Part shown: in pieces, positions 10,149-22,207 of the stretch | Position numbering within the stretch: the stretch's first letter is position 1 | Layout of the letters: each line of letters starts with the position of its first letter | DNA from: Anthoceros angustus | Taxonomy: Eukaryota > Plantae > Anthocerotophyta | Reading direction: 5' to 3' | Length of the DNA: 64,000 nucleotides | Assembly: GCA_010909165.1 (NCBI GenBank) | Contig: VJWM01000068.1 | Location: 310,001 to 374,000 of the forward strand | Notes under the pieces: generated by a model | Told to the model about the DNA's origin: nothing | What the model saw: the letters and a program-made list of their open reading frames with translations, nothing else | The model's database searches: none | Made by a program: the position numbers and the translations under genes

Positions 10149-11786
10149 ATGGGGTGGGAGGGTGGCGATGGCGACCTGCATGCGCTGCTGGACCTGGAGC
10201 TCATCATGGACGGCAACATCGACCGGGTCCTGGCCGACTTCCCCAGCCTGAATCCCGTCCCCTCAGCCATCCAGAGCCCGGCCACGGAAGAAGCAGCGGC
10301 AGCAGGGGAGCAGGAAGATGCAGCAGCAGCGGCGGCGGCCTCTGCCCCCTCGGTGCCATTCCGGCCACATTTCGGTGGGGTGGCATCCGTCTCCCTGGCC
10401 CTAGGCTCGCTCCTGGCTCCCTCCAAGCTCGCCTTCAGGCCGGCTTTGCCTGCATCCGGCTCGGCCCCCAAGGCAGCAGCAGCGGGTGCTCAAGCTGCAC
10501 CGGCATCGCTGCCCTCGCAGAAGCGGAGTGTGGCTCCCGTGGCTGTGGCTCCGAGCTCGAAGCTGGGAGTGACTGTGGATGCCGCGGCGCAGGCTGTGGA
10601 CGGGAGGGTGCAGAGCAGAGCTCGTGTTGGCTTTGCATCTGCGTTTCCGGATTTCCTCAGGCTGCGGGATTCCGGGAGGGCCTTCAACAAGCCGGGGAGC
10701 GGGGCTGCGTTGCGGCGGGCCTGCATTGTGTGGTTCAGGAATGATCTGCGGGTGCATGACAACGAGGCGCTGGTGGCGGCGAGCCACGATTCCATGAGCA
10801 TCGTGCCGGTGTATTGCTTTGATCCGCGGGACTACGGGAAGTCGTCTTCCGGGTTCGACAAGACGGGGCCGTACCGGGCGCAGTTTCTGCTGGAGTCGGT
10901 GGGGAATCTGCGGGAGAGTCTTAGGGAGCGGGGGTCGGAGCTGGTGGTGAGGGTGGGGAATCCGGAAGACGAGTTGTCGAAGCTGGCGAAGGCGGTGGGG
11001 GCGGATGCCTGTTATGCGCACCAGGAGGTGTCGTACGAGGAGCTGCACGCGGAGGAGAAGGTGAGCTCGGCGCTGAAAGAGGAGGGGGTGGATGTGAAGT
11101 TCTTCTGGGGGAGCACGCTGTATCATGTGGAGGATCTGCCGTTCAGCTTGGAGCAGATGCCGCCGAACTACAGCGGGTTCCGGGACCAGCTGCAGAACGT
11201 GCAGGTGCGGCCTGTGATCGAAACCCCCAAGCAGCTCAAGGGGCTGCCAGCGCTGCGGGGGAAGATCAGCGAGGGGGAGATTCCTACATTGCAGCAGCTT
11301 GGCCTGAGCCCTGCTGCTCCGCCGAGGAATGGCGGGGAGCTGGGGGGTAAGGCTGCAATGGTTGGAGGGGAGGCGGAGGCGTTGAAGAAGCTCAGCTTGT
11401 TTGTTAGGGATATGCTGCCTCAAGCCACGGGGTCGGGGTCTGGGTCTGGGTCAGGTGCTACGGCTGCCGCCTCAAGTGGGACACAGGATGCGTCTGGGAG
11501 CAGCATGTTCGTTGCAAACTTCTCTTGCAAGATATCGCCCTGGCTGTTCATGGGATGCATGTCCCCTCGGCGAGTCTTCGCGGATCTGAAGGAGGCGGGT
11601 GGTAGGGTTGTCAACTCAGTATCTTCGGATGCTTCCCGGCCTGGGAGTGCGGATGTGAGATTGAATTCGCTCCTTTTTGAGCTTTTGTGGAGGGACTTCT
11701 TCAGGTTCATCACGAGAAAGTATGGTGCGAGCAAGAAAAACCTGCAGAGCTCTCCGTCTGAGGTTTCCTCTCCTGTACCAGCATAG
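10149..11786 (+). CDS. PHR2: Photolyase/blue-light receptor PHR2 (cryptochrome/photolyase family)
   Basis: CIVWFRNDLRVHDNEAL, PVYCFDPRDYGKSSSGFDKTGPYRA, FANFSCKISPWL and ELLWRDFFRFIT match plant PHR2, which has a naturally short C-terminus. The ORF is single-exon and the start codon is uncertain. Confidence 0.93.
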   Translation: MGWEGGDGDLHALLDLELIMDGNIDRVLADFPSLNPVPSAIQSPATEEAAAAGEQEDAAAAAAASAPSVPFRPHFGGVASVSLALGSLLAPSKLAFRPALPASGSAPKAAAAGAQAAPASLPSQKRSVAPVAVAPSSKLGVTVDAAAQAVDGRVQSRARVGFASAFPDFLRLRDSGRAFNKPGSGAALRRACIVWFRNDLRVHDNEALVAASHDSMSIVPVYCFDPRDYGKSSSGFDKTGPYRAQFLLESVGNLRESLRERGSELVVRVGNPEDELSKLAKAVGADACYAHQEVSYEELHAEEKVSSALKEEGVDVKFFWGSTLYHVEDLPFSLEQMPPNYSGFRDQLQNVQVRPVIETPKQLKGLPALRGKISEGEIPTLQQLGLSPAAPPRNGGELGGKAAMVGGEAEALKKLSLFVRDMLPQATGSGSGSGSGATAAASSGTQDASGSSMFVANFSCKISPWLFMGCMSPRRVFADLKEAGGRVVNSVSSDASRPGSADVRLNSLLFELLWRDFFRFITRKYGASKKNLQSSPSEVSSPVPA

Positions 11787-13004
11787 GATGACCTATTCGT
11801 GGAGACCAGCGATTTCTTCTTCCGTGCCTCTACATTCGTCGCAGGCTACTCCTTCTGTGGAGTTGTATGGGCTGCTCTCCAGTTCTCCTACTTCACCCAC
11901 AGTGGTGGCTCACCAAAGAGCCGGGCTTATTGTCTTAAGCGTGGCTTAGAGGAACTCGTTGTGTAATTGACATCCATAACTTTCTCTTCTGCCGTATCGT
12001 ACAAGTGTATATATGTAGCTGCCGTAGGGGGCTACTGGTCAATACAAACTAATGTCTGAGTCCGAAGCGTGTGCCCAGCAGCATGTCGCCATGCCTCAAC
12101 CATGACACGGTTGTGACGCCCAAACCGTGGCCTGTTCCTGTCCGGTCTGATAATGTCTCCTGGTTAAATACCAGGCCCGACAGGGGAGGGGACATGAGCA
12201 AGGGACAACACTTGTTGATGGGTTTTCGGGTTTAGCGACGATGTCTTCAGTAACTTGCACTTACATTCCCTCAAGCAATTCGTCAGGCTGCTAAAGGGCA
12301 GGGTAGCTAAGGCATATATATACTAAGATATTTTTATACCAAATAATTTTGGCTATGATCCAGGCGATATTGACAGCGGTTTAAATGGAAAGGTGTCTAT
12401 TTGGAAAAACAAGAGCGCTTAAAATATTCCACTAAATCATAAAGAACCAGCCCTTGAAACTAGTGAGACGGGGAGTCCACATTTAATTACTTGACAAATG
12501 TCAGTTGTCTAAAACTATAGTACAAGCTTAGGAATCACTATATCCATGGGTTGGTCGGAGCGCGCCAGTTTTATAACGTTGAAATTTGGTCAAGAAATTA
12601 TTATTTCCATAGGCTCATCAAAGTCCAAGAGGACCGGTTCTAATTTTAGCTATGTTTGTGATAAGGCCGATTTGTAGGAGTGAAAGCCTATTTCACTATG
12701 TTTCACAATTCATCATTTACTCTATAATAACCTTGGTAGATTTGTAGTACATTTGCATCCATGCTTCAAATGTATTCAGTGCTCTAAGATAGGTATTCCA
12801 ATCATGGAGCCTAGATTCATCTTCCTTTTACAATTTTGCTTCTTCTATGTAGTGTAATTAGTGCATTGCACCATTTTCAATGTTATGAAACCTATGCAAC
12901 ACATAGCCGATTACAAAAGACATTTAGTAGTAGTTGACACCTGGACATGATCGCAATAAAATAATATTAAAAAGAGAGGCTATGTTTTATTGAGGAAAAA
13001 ACGA

Positions 13005-13320
13005 GTGGAAAAACCCATCCAGCATAGGGCAACGATGTGGACCCTGGGGGTGAAAAGGAGCGACAAAGCTCCTTACCTAAAGTTACCTACCACTCCTAGA
13101 ACATCATATGCAGGAAGAACGGTTAGTGATAACCTAAGCGGGAATGGTCTCTCAAGCAGGGTTACTAACCACCACGTCCGCCACCAAAACTTGGTCACCG
13201 CGGACAAAGTAAAAGTCAACCCTTTCACAAGCTATGGCAAACATGACATCGCACATAGCATCATAGGTGGCGATGCGATGACCTCCATGGGTACAACGAG
13301 CAAGGTGTACCCCAGAGTCA
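13005..13320 (-). mobile_element. Internally deleted 3' fragment of a CRE-like RLE LINE
   Basis: Translates DSGVHLARCTHGGHRIATYDAMCDVMFAIA..VDFYFVRGDQVLVADVVVSNP, homologous to the endonuclease at 25.4-25.7 kb. It shares the 3' motif tggatgggttttcc with that element. Confidence 0.8.
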
Positions 13321-14314
13321 ATTATATTTATATTTTAATAATATAAATAATATAAATATATCAACTCTATGTAATAAAAATTAATTCATATGAAAAACGA
13401 CTTAGGTTGACACCTACAACCATGGCTGAGGCAATTCCGAATTCTTCTCTTCGTTTCAATAGTTTCAGAGGGCATCCGTCTTTTGTGAAGCTGGGTAGAG
13501 TAGTGCCCTAGATTGACCCCTCACTATGCAACCAGTAAAGAAGCGGCAAGTGTTGGCTTCCCAGCGATCTAGGACCTCGCCTATTCACTCCACGATAGAC
13601 TTGCACGATTCTCAGTGCTCTCAACCTCGCAACACAGCACTAGGCTCCAAGTAGCCCGCCGTCCACTGACGACTCGCAGGCCACCTCCTCGAAGTGCTGC
13701 TCTTTATTGAAGAATACAACGATGGAGTCTGGCTATCTACACCCAACTGGCTCCTGCCCTTGACTCCACGACAAGCTTGCTCACTAACCTCTCCACAGCT
13801 CTCTCTCTCTCTCAACACAAGGCTTGCAGCGCACACTTGCCTGCTCTCTCCATGAGTGAGTGTATGATACTCAAAAGCCCTTGCTCTAGCCCTTATAAAT
13901 CCCACATCCTGACCCCAACTAGGTAGCTGTTAACTTGGAGGATTCTTACATACCATTAATCACTAAGAATCCTCTCTAGGCAGCTCTTCATTAGTGGTTA
14001 TAGCAATTCCTCTCTAATAGGAGATTGCATGAAGTATGCAACACATGCATCTTCTTAACAGGGCAGCTACTAACTTAGCTTTTTACCTCTTTTAACTTTT
14101 CATCTTTCTATCTTATTTCACCAGTACCGTTACTCTCTCCCCCAATGGGAAGATGTCATTGTCCTCAATGACCTCCAATGTAACGCGAGATCATCCATGA
14201 TTCTCATTGCACATCTTCAAGAAAAACCCAGACAAGATCTGCATAACCACAAAGTCTTACTATATACTCTCATTACCACGGACATCAGGCGCTTCTCTCC
14301 ATGAGTGAGTGTAT

Positions 14315-14886
14315 TCTGGATTTTCTTTGTTTTTTCTGAAGTCATCAAGAGACACACCGGAAGAACTTGATAATTTTCCGCTTCGCTCTTCCGTCTTGTG
14401 ACTTCTTTCCAGATGGGCCTGCTGTGTTCTCATGCGACACTCTCACTTGGCACATCATGACATTTTGTAAGCAACTTCTTTCTCAACTCTTGAGAATCAG
14501 GAATCACAATCTTGTTTTGCTTGAACATCAACAAGCCATCCCTAAGCTTAAACTTAGATATCTACTTCCTTGATCTACGTGATCCGTTGGTATAGGACTG
14601 GATCAATGAAGTGGAGTAACCGGGATCTAAGTTTAAGCTTAGGGATGACTTGTTGATATTCAAGCAAAACATGATTGTGATTCCTGATTCTCAAGAGTTG
14701 AGAAGGAAATTGCTTGCACAGTGTCATGATGTGCCAAGTGAGAGTGCCGCCTGAGAACACAGCAGACCCATCTGGAGAGAAATCAGAAGACTGGAAGAAA
14801 CAGATGGTGGAAGTGCTTTATCAAGTTCTTCCAGGTGTCTTGGAAGATGTGATGACTTCAAGGAAAAAGGCAAAAAAGAATCCAGA
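14315..14886. repeat. Long imperfect inverted repeat (arms ~14315-14558 and ~14626-14886, ~67-bp spacer)
   Basis: Mirror ORFs 14367-14573(+) and 14575-14760(-) encode near-identical peptides. Arm complementarity was checked by eye. Confidence 0.92.
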
Positions 14887-15309
14887 GCCCACAGCTTAAC
14901 AAAGAGAAGATGCGGAAGATCAATAAGAAGAAATCTTTCCGGCGAGGTGTTGCTCCTTATTGAAAGAATACAACGATGGAGTGTGGCTACCTACACCCAA
15001 CTGGCTCCTGCCCTTGACTCCACGACAAGCTTGCTTGCTAGCCTCTCCACAGCTCTCTCTCAACACAAGGCTTGCACCGCACACTTGCCTGTTCTCTCCA
15101 TGAGTGAGTGTATGATACTCAAAGCCCTTGCTCTAGCCCTTATAAATCCCACAGCCTGACCTCAACTAGGCAGCTGTTAACTTAGCGAATGTTTATAGAC
15201 CATTAATCACTAAGAATCCTCTCTAGACAGCTCTTCATTAATGGTTGTAACAATTTCTCTCTAATAGGAGATTGCATGAAGTATGCAACACATGCATCTT
15301 CTTAGCAGG

Positions 15310-15550
15310 TAGCTACTAACTTAACTTTTTACCTCTTTGATCTTTTCACCTTTCTACTTTATTTTATAGGCAACTACTAACTTAACTTTTTACTTCTTTA
15401 ATCTTTTCACCTTTCTACTTTATTTTATAGACAACTACTAACTTAACTTTTTACTTCTTTAATCTTTTCATCTTTCTACTTTATTTTACGGGCAACTACT
15501 AACTTAACTTTTTACTTCTTTAATCTTTTCACCTTTCTACTTTATTTTAC
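15310..15550. repeat. 61-bp tandem repeat x4 inside the right LTR-like repeat
   Basis: Unit gcaactactaacttaactttttacttctttaatcttttcacctttctactttattttatag, period 61. Confidence 0.95.
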
Positions 15551-16403
15551 CAATATCGTTATTGCTGAGGCAATTCCAAATTTTCTATCTTCGTTTCATT
15601 GAGGCAATTCCTAATTCTTCTACCTTCGTTTCAATTGTTTGGCATCTGTCTTTTGTGAAGCTGGGTAGAGTAGTGCTTGGATTGGCATTGCGATTTCAGC
15701 TGGGCAGCCCGTTTTTTCGGCGGCAAGACAAATGCACGCTCAAAGTCTCAATTTAGAGACGGGGTGGGGACTAAGCAAGTGGCATTGGGTCCACTAGTCC
15801 TTATACCGCAGTTCCCCCGACCGATCGACTCCCATCTCAAACCCGACCATGAGATTCCACGATCCCCACTCCGCCTTAAGGTGCTGTTTACCACAAAGGT
15901 AGGTAGTTTCTGCCAACATCCAAGGTATCCGGCATATCATACGCGGCGTACGGTATTCCGCAACGGTAGGCACAACCGTGACACAAGCAATGGCATTTAT
16001 GCTGACATGCAGGATCAAAATCTTGCCTAGCCGTCAAGTAATGAAGCTTTGCTCCGTGTGAGTCTTTCAATAGTGAAAGAGTAGATCAACATGCTAACCA
16101 GACCGCTACCAAGGCAGATATTGTGCTACCTTCCTCCTTCTGTCAACTGGAGATACGGTTAACGTGATTAGCATTTCGATATATAAAAACAAAACACACC
16201 AACAGCCTCAACCCAAACATTTTGATAACATACCTCACGTGATGTGCGGGCAATTGAGCAGGTAGCTTACGAAAGCGCCGCAGAAAAGTCTGACAAGATA
16301 GGAAAGCTTGTTCCGTTCCCCAATATTCCCACATCGCAACTGTGCTTCACCTACAAAGGAAGACTGATTCTCTTGCCAGTAATCCCAGATCAATGCGCTC
16401 CAT

Positions 16404-19400
16404 CTACGAAGGATGATCATCCCCAAATTTCTGTAGCAGGAAATCGTCGAGTTCCCCTTTCTTCTGTGTGCCATCCCGGTTCAAGGCATCTGATGGCAGA
16501 GTATGCATACATTGGAGAATAAAGTGGATATCGCGGTACAACCTGGACCAAAAGGGAAGGTTTGTTGTCAGTAGACACCACTACTAGAACATGCTGGAAG
16601 GAGACTCCCCATCGAGGCCAAAGGTCAGGGAGAGCTAAAAACCTCCGCTTCGCCTGAGGACTGTTCACTTCGACCTTCAAGAAGGCGTCAGCAAGTTGTG
16701 AATGAAACAGGGCTACAACGCGCCTGCAGATTCAAACGTAGAACAGCTAAAGTGGTCAGAAACACGGCCTTAGCTTCAGAATATAATCCAAAAATATAAA
16801 GAACCTCCATAGAACACTGTTAACCTGGAAAGTCATGATGTTTCCTCTGCAACTAGGAAGTCCTAGGACAGAAGCAAACAAAACTTACGTGAAAACTGAC
16901 TTGACATCAGCTTCAAGCAGAATAGGCGACAACACTCGATGCAGGACTCCCACTTCCTAGGAATGTCAATAAGCATGCAGCCAGAGAGTCAGTAATTGGG
17001 ATACAGGCAAAGGATCCTCAGACATTGTATGTCAGATCGCAACTCATAAATCCATAATCAAAGTGAAAGGTGTAGCTTCTCACGTTACCTTGGTAAGCGC
17101 ACGAGCAAACTGACTTGGTTGGACATCAGAGTCGTCAGTCTTGTTCCACATCTCCACAGTCTGAGGGATTGCCCGCAGATGAGCTGCGAGGCGCTCTTTC
17201 ATTATTTGAACCAATTTGGAGTGAATCTCGTCCCTATGCACTCTGTAGTCCTGGTCACAGGATTCAACTTTTTACAGTTATGTCACTAGGCTTAGACACG
17301 GTTGCCCAAGTAAGCAAAAGCCCCAAGACCTTGCACTGACACTTGAAGTAAGCCTAGGGCAAGTGCCATCCAGTCGCCCCCAGAATGTTTATTTCAAAGA
17401 GGTTCACTGTACCTTTTCTCCCTAGTTTTGGCTTCTAACTTAGCAAGCACGTCAAAACAGAAAGACATAAGGCCTTGGTCCACTTAACTTGAAATTCGCT
17501 TCAAAACAAAATTTAAGGCACACAAGACATAGTGATGACTTACTTGTCCGATTCGTTCAAGCTCAGTCAATAATAATGCTTTCCGTGATTCTGGAATGTG
17601 GAACGACAGCAGTCTTCTAATATCTGCCAGCTTAAATTTGTCAGTCCATCAGCTTTCAAATAATAATGGTGCATAAGTGCATGCACGTTGAACCTGTAAA
17701 TTCACATCAGTCAGTACAAGCAACACTAACCTGGAATCAAAGCAAAAAAGAAGCTTATGCTTTGACTTGATAATGCAAGGTGCTTCGCTGTTATTGACTT
17801 CAGACCAGATACCTAGCAGGTGATTCACAACTCATAGTTCAACCACCCAAGCCTTCTCCAACTAAACAAAGATGGAAGTAATTTCAGACATTATCACAAC
17901 CTGCATAGCACCAGCACCTAGGACAAGCTGGCATGTCCGGGAATTGAAGAGCTTGAGAATTTCGGCGATCCGATGCACTACTTCGGTCACTAATGTTGGG
18001 AGAGCATTTGTAATGTCCATGTACTCAGAAATCATCTTCAGCAAGATAAGACCACTGCACGAAGCCAAAGAGCAGTGAGCAGATAGAAGAACAGCTGAAT
18101 ATCACAGCAATACAGTGAACATAATGTACATCAAAACGTCAGTGTACAGCAGCATACATAGAGAATGAGTAATACTTACCTATTTACAGCATAATAACTT
18201 GTGCCCCGAATGACTAGAGTCTTGACAGATGGTTTCTCCCTGCCCCTTTTGGGTTTTGGTGGAACTACTTCCAACTGCAGACTGCCGGGGGACAGAGCCT
18301 GACCCTGAGGTGGCTGTTTCGGTTCAACACCATTTTCTTGCCCACCCTCAGATCCTCCTGTTGTAGCCACGCCTTCAGTCTCTTGAGTCCTATGCTCTAC
18401 AGCATTGATAGACTGCTCAGGTTCCTCGCTGCCATTCACCTGAGTGAAACTGACAGCAACACCAGTAGTTCCACTCAAAGGCCTGCTAAGCAAGACAACT
18501 GAGTCGGCCTGACCAGTGCTCAGTCTGTTGTTTGTGAAAGAATCCACAATCAGCTGAAATTCTTCAGGAGCATCAATAGCCACCCATGTCTCCTGCTCCA
18601 AAACAGCTGTGATCTTTGAGACCTGTGACAGTCAACCAGAACAATTTGTCAGGAAAAGCTTCCTCATACGCTCTGATTGCATATGAGCAACCAATAAACC
18701 AATGTTCTCAGACTTCTTCGAATCAGAAAGTGCTCTGGAAGAAAATTACACGCATGGTGTGCTGAGTGTCCACAAATGATTTGGACTGTGACTGCAAGGT
18801 ACCCCGAATGCTGTAACCCAGACGGCCCCCAACCTGCTTAGAGGGCAAATGTATCATAACAGGTTCTGCAGAAAAACTCCTTGAATATAGATCACAGACA
18901 GTTACCCAGATCTAGTGATAAGCTATGTACTGACCTTTTCGGTCGCTGAGATAAAATCCTGAGTAGTGCAGTATATGCTCACAAACTCCTGGAGACGGAG
19001 CTTTGGGTGGATAGCTCCTCTGACACCAAGCAACTTAGCCCAGCGCTGATGTGCTGCATCACATGCAGCACAGACAGCTTCTGTATTCTCCCTCAGGACA
19101 TCCGCCCTGCAATTTCCCCGTTGCAATTTCAGACTATTTGGACATAGGGCACACTCCTTAAGAACTGAGAACCTCCAAGTCTAAGCACTCTCACCGTCAA
19201 AAAGAGTGCCGATAGAGGGAGTTACCGGAATTGTTTGGACATATTCGAAGCATTGCCCCTGGTTAGGGATGACAGACTGCTCGAAGCTGACTCTCGCATA
19301 ACAGCACCGGACCCAGCACGTAGTGTGTTCTGTTCCACCTCCTGAGCTGCTTCAGCAGCAGCTGCTGCTGCTGCACCTGAGGCAAATGCTGCAGCAACAG

Positions 19401-22207
19401 CAGCTGCGGCATAGCTGCCCTGTAGACCCCCCACAATCTGCTCGATCACTGCCCTGACTTGTGCAGCTCTGTTCAGTCGAGCCTGCAAGTACCCAAGAAT
19501 TCACACACATTAATCCTGCAACATAAACTATTAAATGAAGCAGATCCTGTTCAATGTGCTGCGAATTTCACTGCACCTGCACGATCGAGAATACAGCAGT
19601 AAGCAACTGCACAAAGTTCTCGGCTGATAATCCCTTAAGTTTGTGGGCACCACCCACTGCTACACAATCGGAAAACCAGAATTGTATGTGAGCATTAGAG
19701 CCTAGCCACATTACTTGCTATTCCGACCTAACAACAAGGTTAAGGCAACCTCACCCTCTGAATCAGTCTTGTCAGCAGGAGGCACATTACTTTCGGGAGC
19801 AGCACGAGTAAACAGAACAGGAAGCAGTTCTGTCACAACAGACTTGATTGCCGCCTTGATATCGGTAATCAGGGTGTCTCGGTAGATTCTGAGGACTGCA
19901 GGCAATTTTGACTGTCTCACAAACAACCCTCTATTAGCAGAGGGTAAATGTCATTTGCAACTTCAAAAAGTCAGACCATACTGTTAAAAGCTTGGAAGAG
20001 TGGAGGTAAGGTCAACATTTTTAAGAGGGAAAAAAAAATCTGATCATGTCACCTCCCTTAAGCCTGCCTAGAAACTCCACAGAAAGTGAAAACCCTCTGC
20101 CAAAAATAGCACTCGAAATAACTTACGGTTCTCAGTAATCCAATAACGAGAGGCAAGAGCTGCTCCCGTAGTCCAGCTTCTTCCTCCTCGTCCATTTTAG
20201 CCTGCTCATGTTGATCATGTCAGACTCTAAATTACCAGCATCCTAAGCCTGTAAATACATCAAGGGTGAGAACTGCTATTTCCTTGCTGCCAGAACCACC
20301 ACATAATCTTACTTTCCGGGTATAATGCCATCATGGATAGGCAGGGCTTGGAGGCAGTGTGCAAGTCAGCATCTGCATCCTATGCTGACGTACAAAATCA
20401 TGGAATACAAGGAAAGGTCCAAAAGTTACCTCAAACAGCACGAGTTCCTTAACAGACGAAAATTGTCGCTTCTTCCTAATATTGTGACTTGCTAATAATG
20501 CTGATGGCAATGTATCTGACGTATGGTGAATGGCTGTCCGGACAAAGTCAGCTGCCAGCATACTGCACGGAAAGATGTCAGGATAGTGCAAAGGGTGCCA
20601 ATTGCAAGAGCACAAGATCCAAAATCTAGACTTACTTGTTCACATCGTCCATGGCAGAGGTCAGCTGTTCACCAAGATGTCTGAAGCAGTGCAGCCCAAC
20701 AAGCTCATCACCTTCCTACAACATGGTTCCAAAGTTCGACTGATGTACGTGGAGAACCGTCACAACAACTAGAGTACATTACTACACTACTCCCAGAAGC
20801 AGGCATAGAAATGAAGGAGCCAAAAAAGAGCACCATGAGACCTTCCGTCTCTAACCTTACTACAGGGCCAACGCCACACTGACAGAAATAATACAGAATT
20901 TATGGAAGGATGTATCTTACCAGCAACTGCTGTAAGTTGTCAACGACATCAAGAGCACCCCCACAGTCTCCGGCCACCACAAGCTGGCAACATGTGCACC
21001 CAAGTTAGCAACCAAACGACTAAGCCAGATCTATACTATGAACTCCCACAGATGCCAAACCGAAGTAGCAGCGTCCCAATCCTAGCCAATAACGCTGGAT
21101 CAGTGGATTGGATGCAGAAAGTACAAAGCAAAATCCCTGCTATCGGCCCGCACACATTCTCAAATCGAGGAAACAGCGGGGGCTAATCCTAGCCAATAAC
21201 GCTGAATCATCGGATTGGATGCAGAGGAAAGATCTCAAACTTACGAGTCGGAGAGCTGAGATCGCCTGACTGACATATCCTATAAGCTTCAACTTCTGAT
21301 GAAGCGCCAGCAAGTTGTTGCGACGACTGCTTAACATGTGAATACGCCTTGCACAATCAACAACATCCCCATCCAGGAGCTGCACCGTAGCCTGGAGCGC
21401 TCGAATCTGTTCACAAGTCTGTACAATTGTGGTGTTCAAGCCCTCCAGCTGCCCTTGGGCGTCAAAAAATGAATCTGATCGTGCTGCTATCTCCCGAACC
21501 AAATGTACCTCCACCAGGTCTAAGTACGATGTCAATTTCTCCTGCAGCATCATATTCTGAGGTATAGTGGAGAAAGGGCATGCTGCTTGGAAGGTTGATC
21601 CATTTTCAAGGGCGAAATCCTCATCAAAATACAAGGCCGGAATCTCACGAAGACAAGCTGTGAGCCCCTCACCCTGCTGTCGTCCATCAATTTCCACAGC
21701 CCCTTCTCTACTCGCAGCTGACACCTGATCGACAAGCTCCCGATTTAAATGTTCTCGCACATCCACAAATCGACCATACGATTCCGAGATCGAGTCCAAA
21801 TAAGGCTGCAAATCAGCCCTGGATATGTCCGGCAGAGTTCCTGGAGCTAAGGGAGGAGGAGCTGAATCGAGGAGAGGATCCGCAGTGGTGGGAAAAAACC
21901 AGGACCCCCAGGAGCCATCAGAGCTGTAGATCCCTGCTTTACCGAGCTTCGGGTTGTTCAGCACAGATGCCAAACTCTGAGTGGCGCTGTATGCACTGGG
22001 ATCAAACTCTGCGATCTGCTTCTCCTCACTAAAAGACAACGCTGTTCTGCTCTGATGTGAGGAACTTCGTTTGGCCTCCCCTCCACCGGACCCTTTGTCA
22101 GTACCCCGTCTAGAGAAGCCCTCGCTGAGCTGCCGGCGAGAATAATCAGGCGCCTTTCTAACCAACCCGTCAGTGGATGGCCTGCCAGCAGAGGATTGAG
22201 GATCCAT
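16404..22207 (-). CDS. VPS54: Vacuolar protein sorting-associated protein 54 (GARP complex), multi-exon
   Basis: Exon 1 (22207-21245) gives QSLASVLNNP, LQEKLTSYLDLVEVHLVREIAARSDSFF and LLALHQKLKLI. Later exons give LVVAGDCGGALDV, EGDELVGLHCFRHL and a terminal RLYRDIHFILQCMHTLP..GELDDFLLQKFG..* (TAG ends at 16404). GT-AG introns. Confidence 0.95.

Larger units (their letters stand above)
13689..15563 (-). mobile_element. Non-autonomous, rearranged LTR element: two LTR-like direct repeats (~13689-14134 and ~14942-15563) around an ~800-bp gypsy-derived palindrome
   Basis: The direct repeats contain TATA and AATAAA on the minus strand. A PPT-like ggggagag lies at 14143-14135. The internal arm translates KFKLRDGLLMFKQNKIVIPDSQELRKKLLTKCHDVP (gypsy pre-integrase region). 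Outer ends and TSD are not resolved. Confidence 0.7.

Noticed and set aside
10401-11423. 340-aa antisense ORF over PHR2, and many other long shadow ORFs over PPR and GC-rich LTR sequence
   Set aside because: Explained by GC-rich codon bias of the sense gene or by low-complexity repeats. No independent motifs.
11600-11786. PHR2 appears to lack most of the FAD-binding C-terminus
   Set aside because: Plant PHR2 proteins normally end shortly after ELLWRDFFRF, so this is not a truncation.
21079-21228. ~45-bp direct repeat in VPS54 intron 1
   Set aside because: A small local intronic duplication with no sign of an element.
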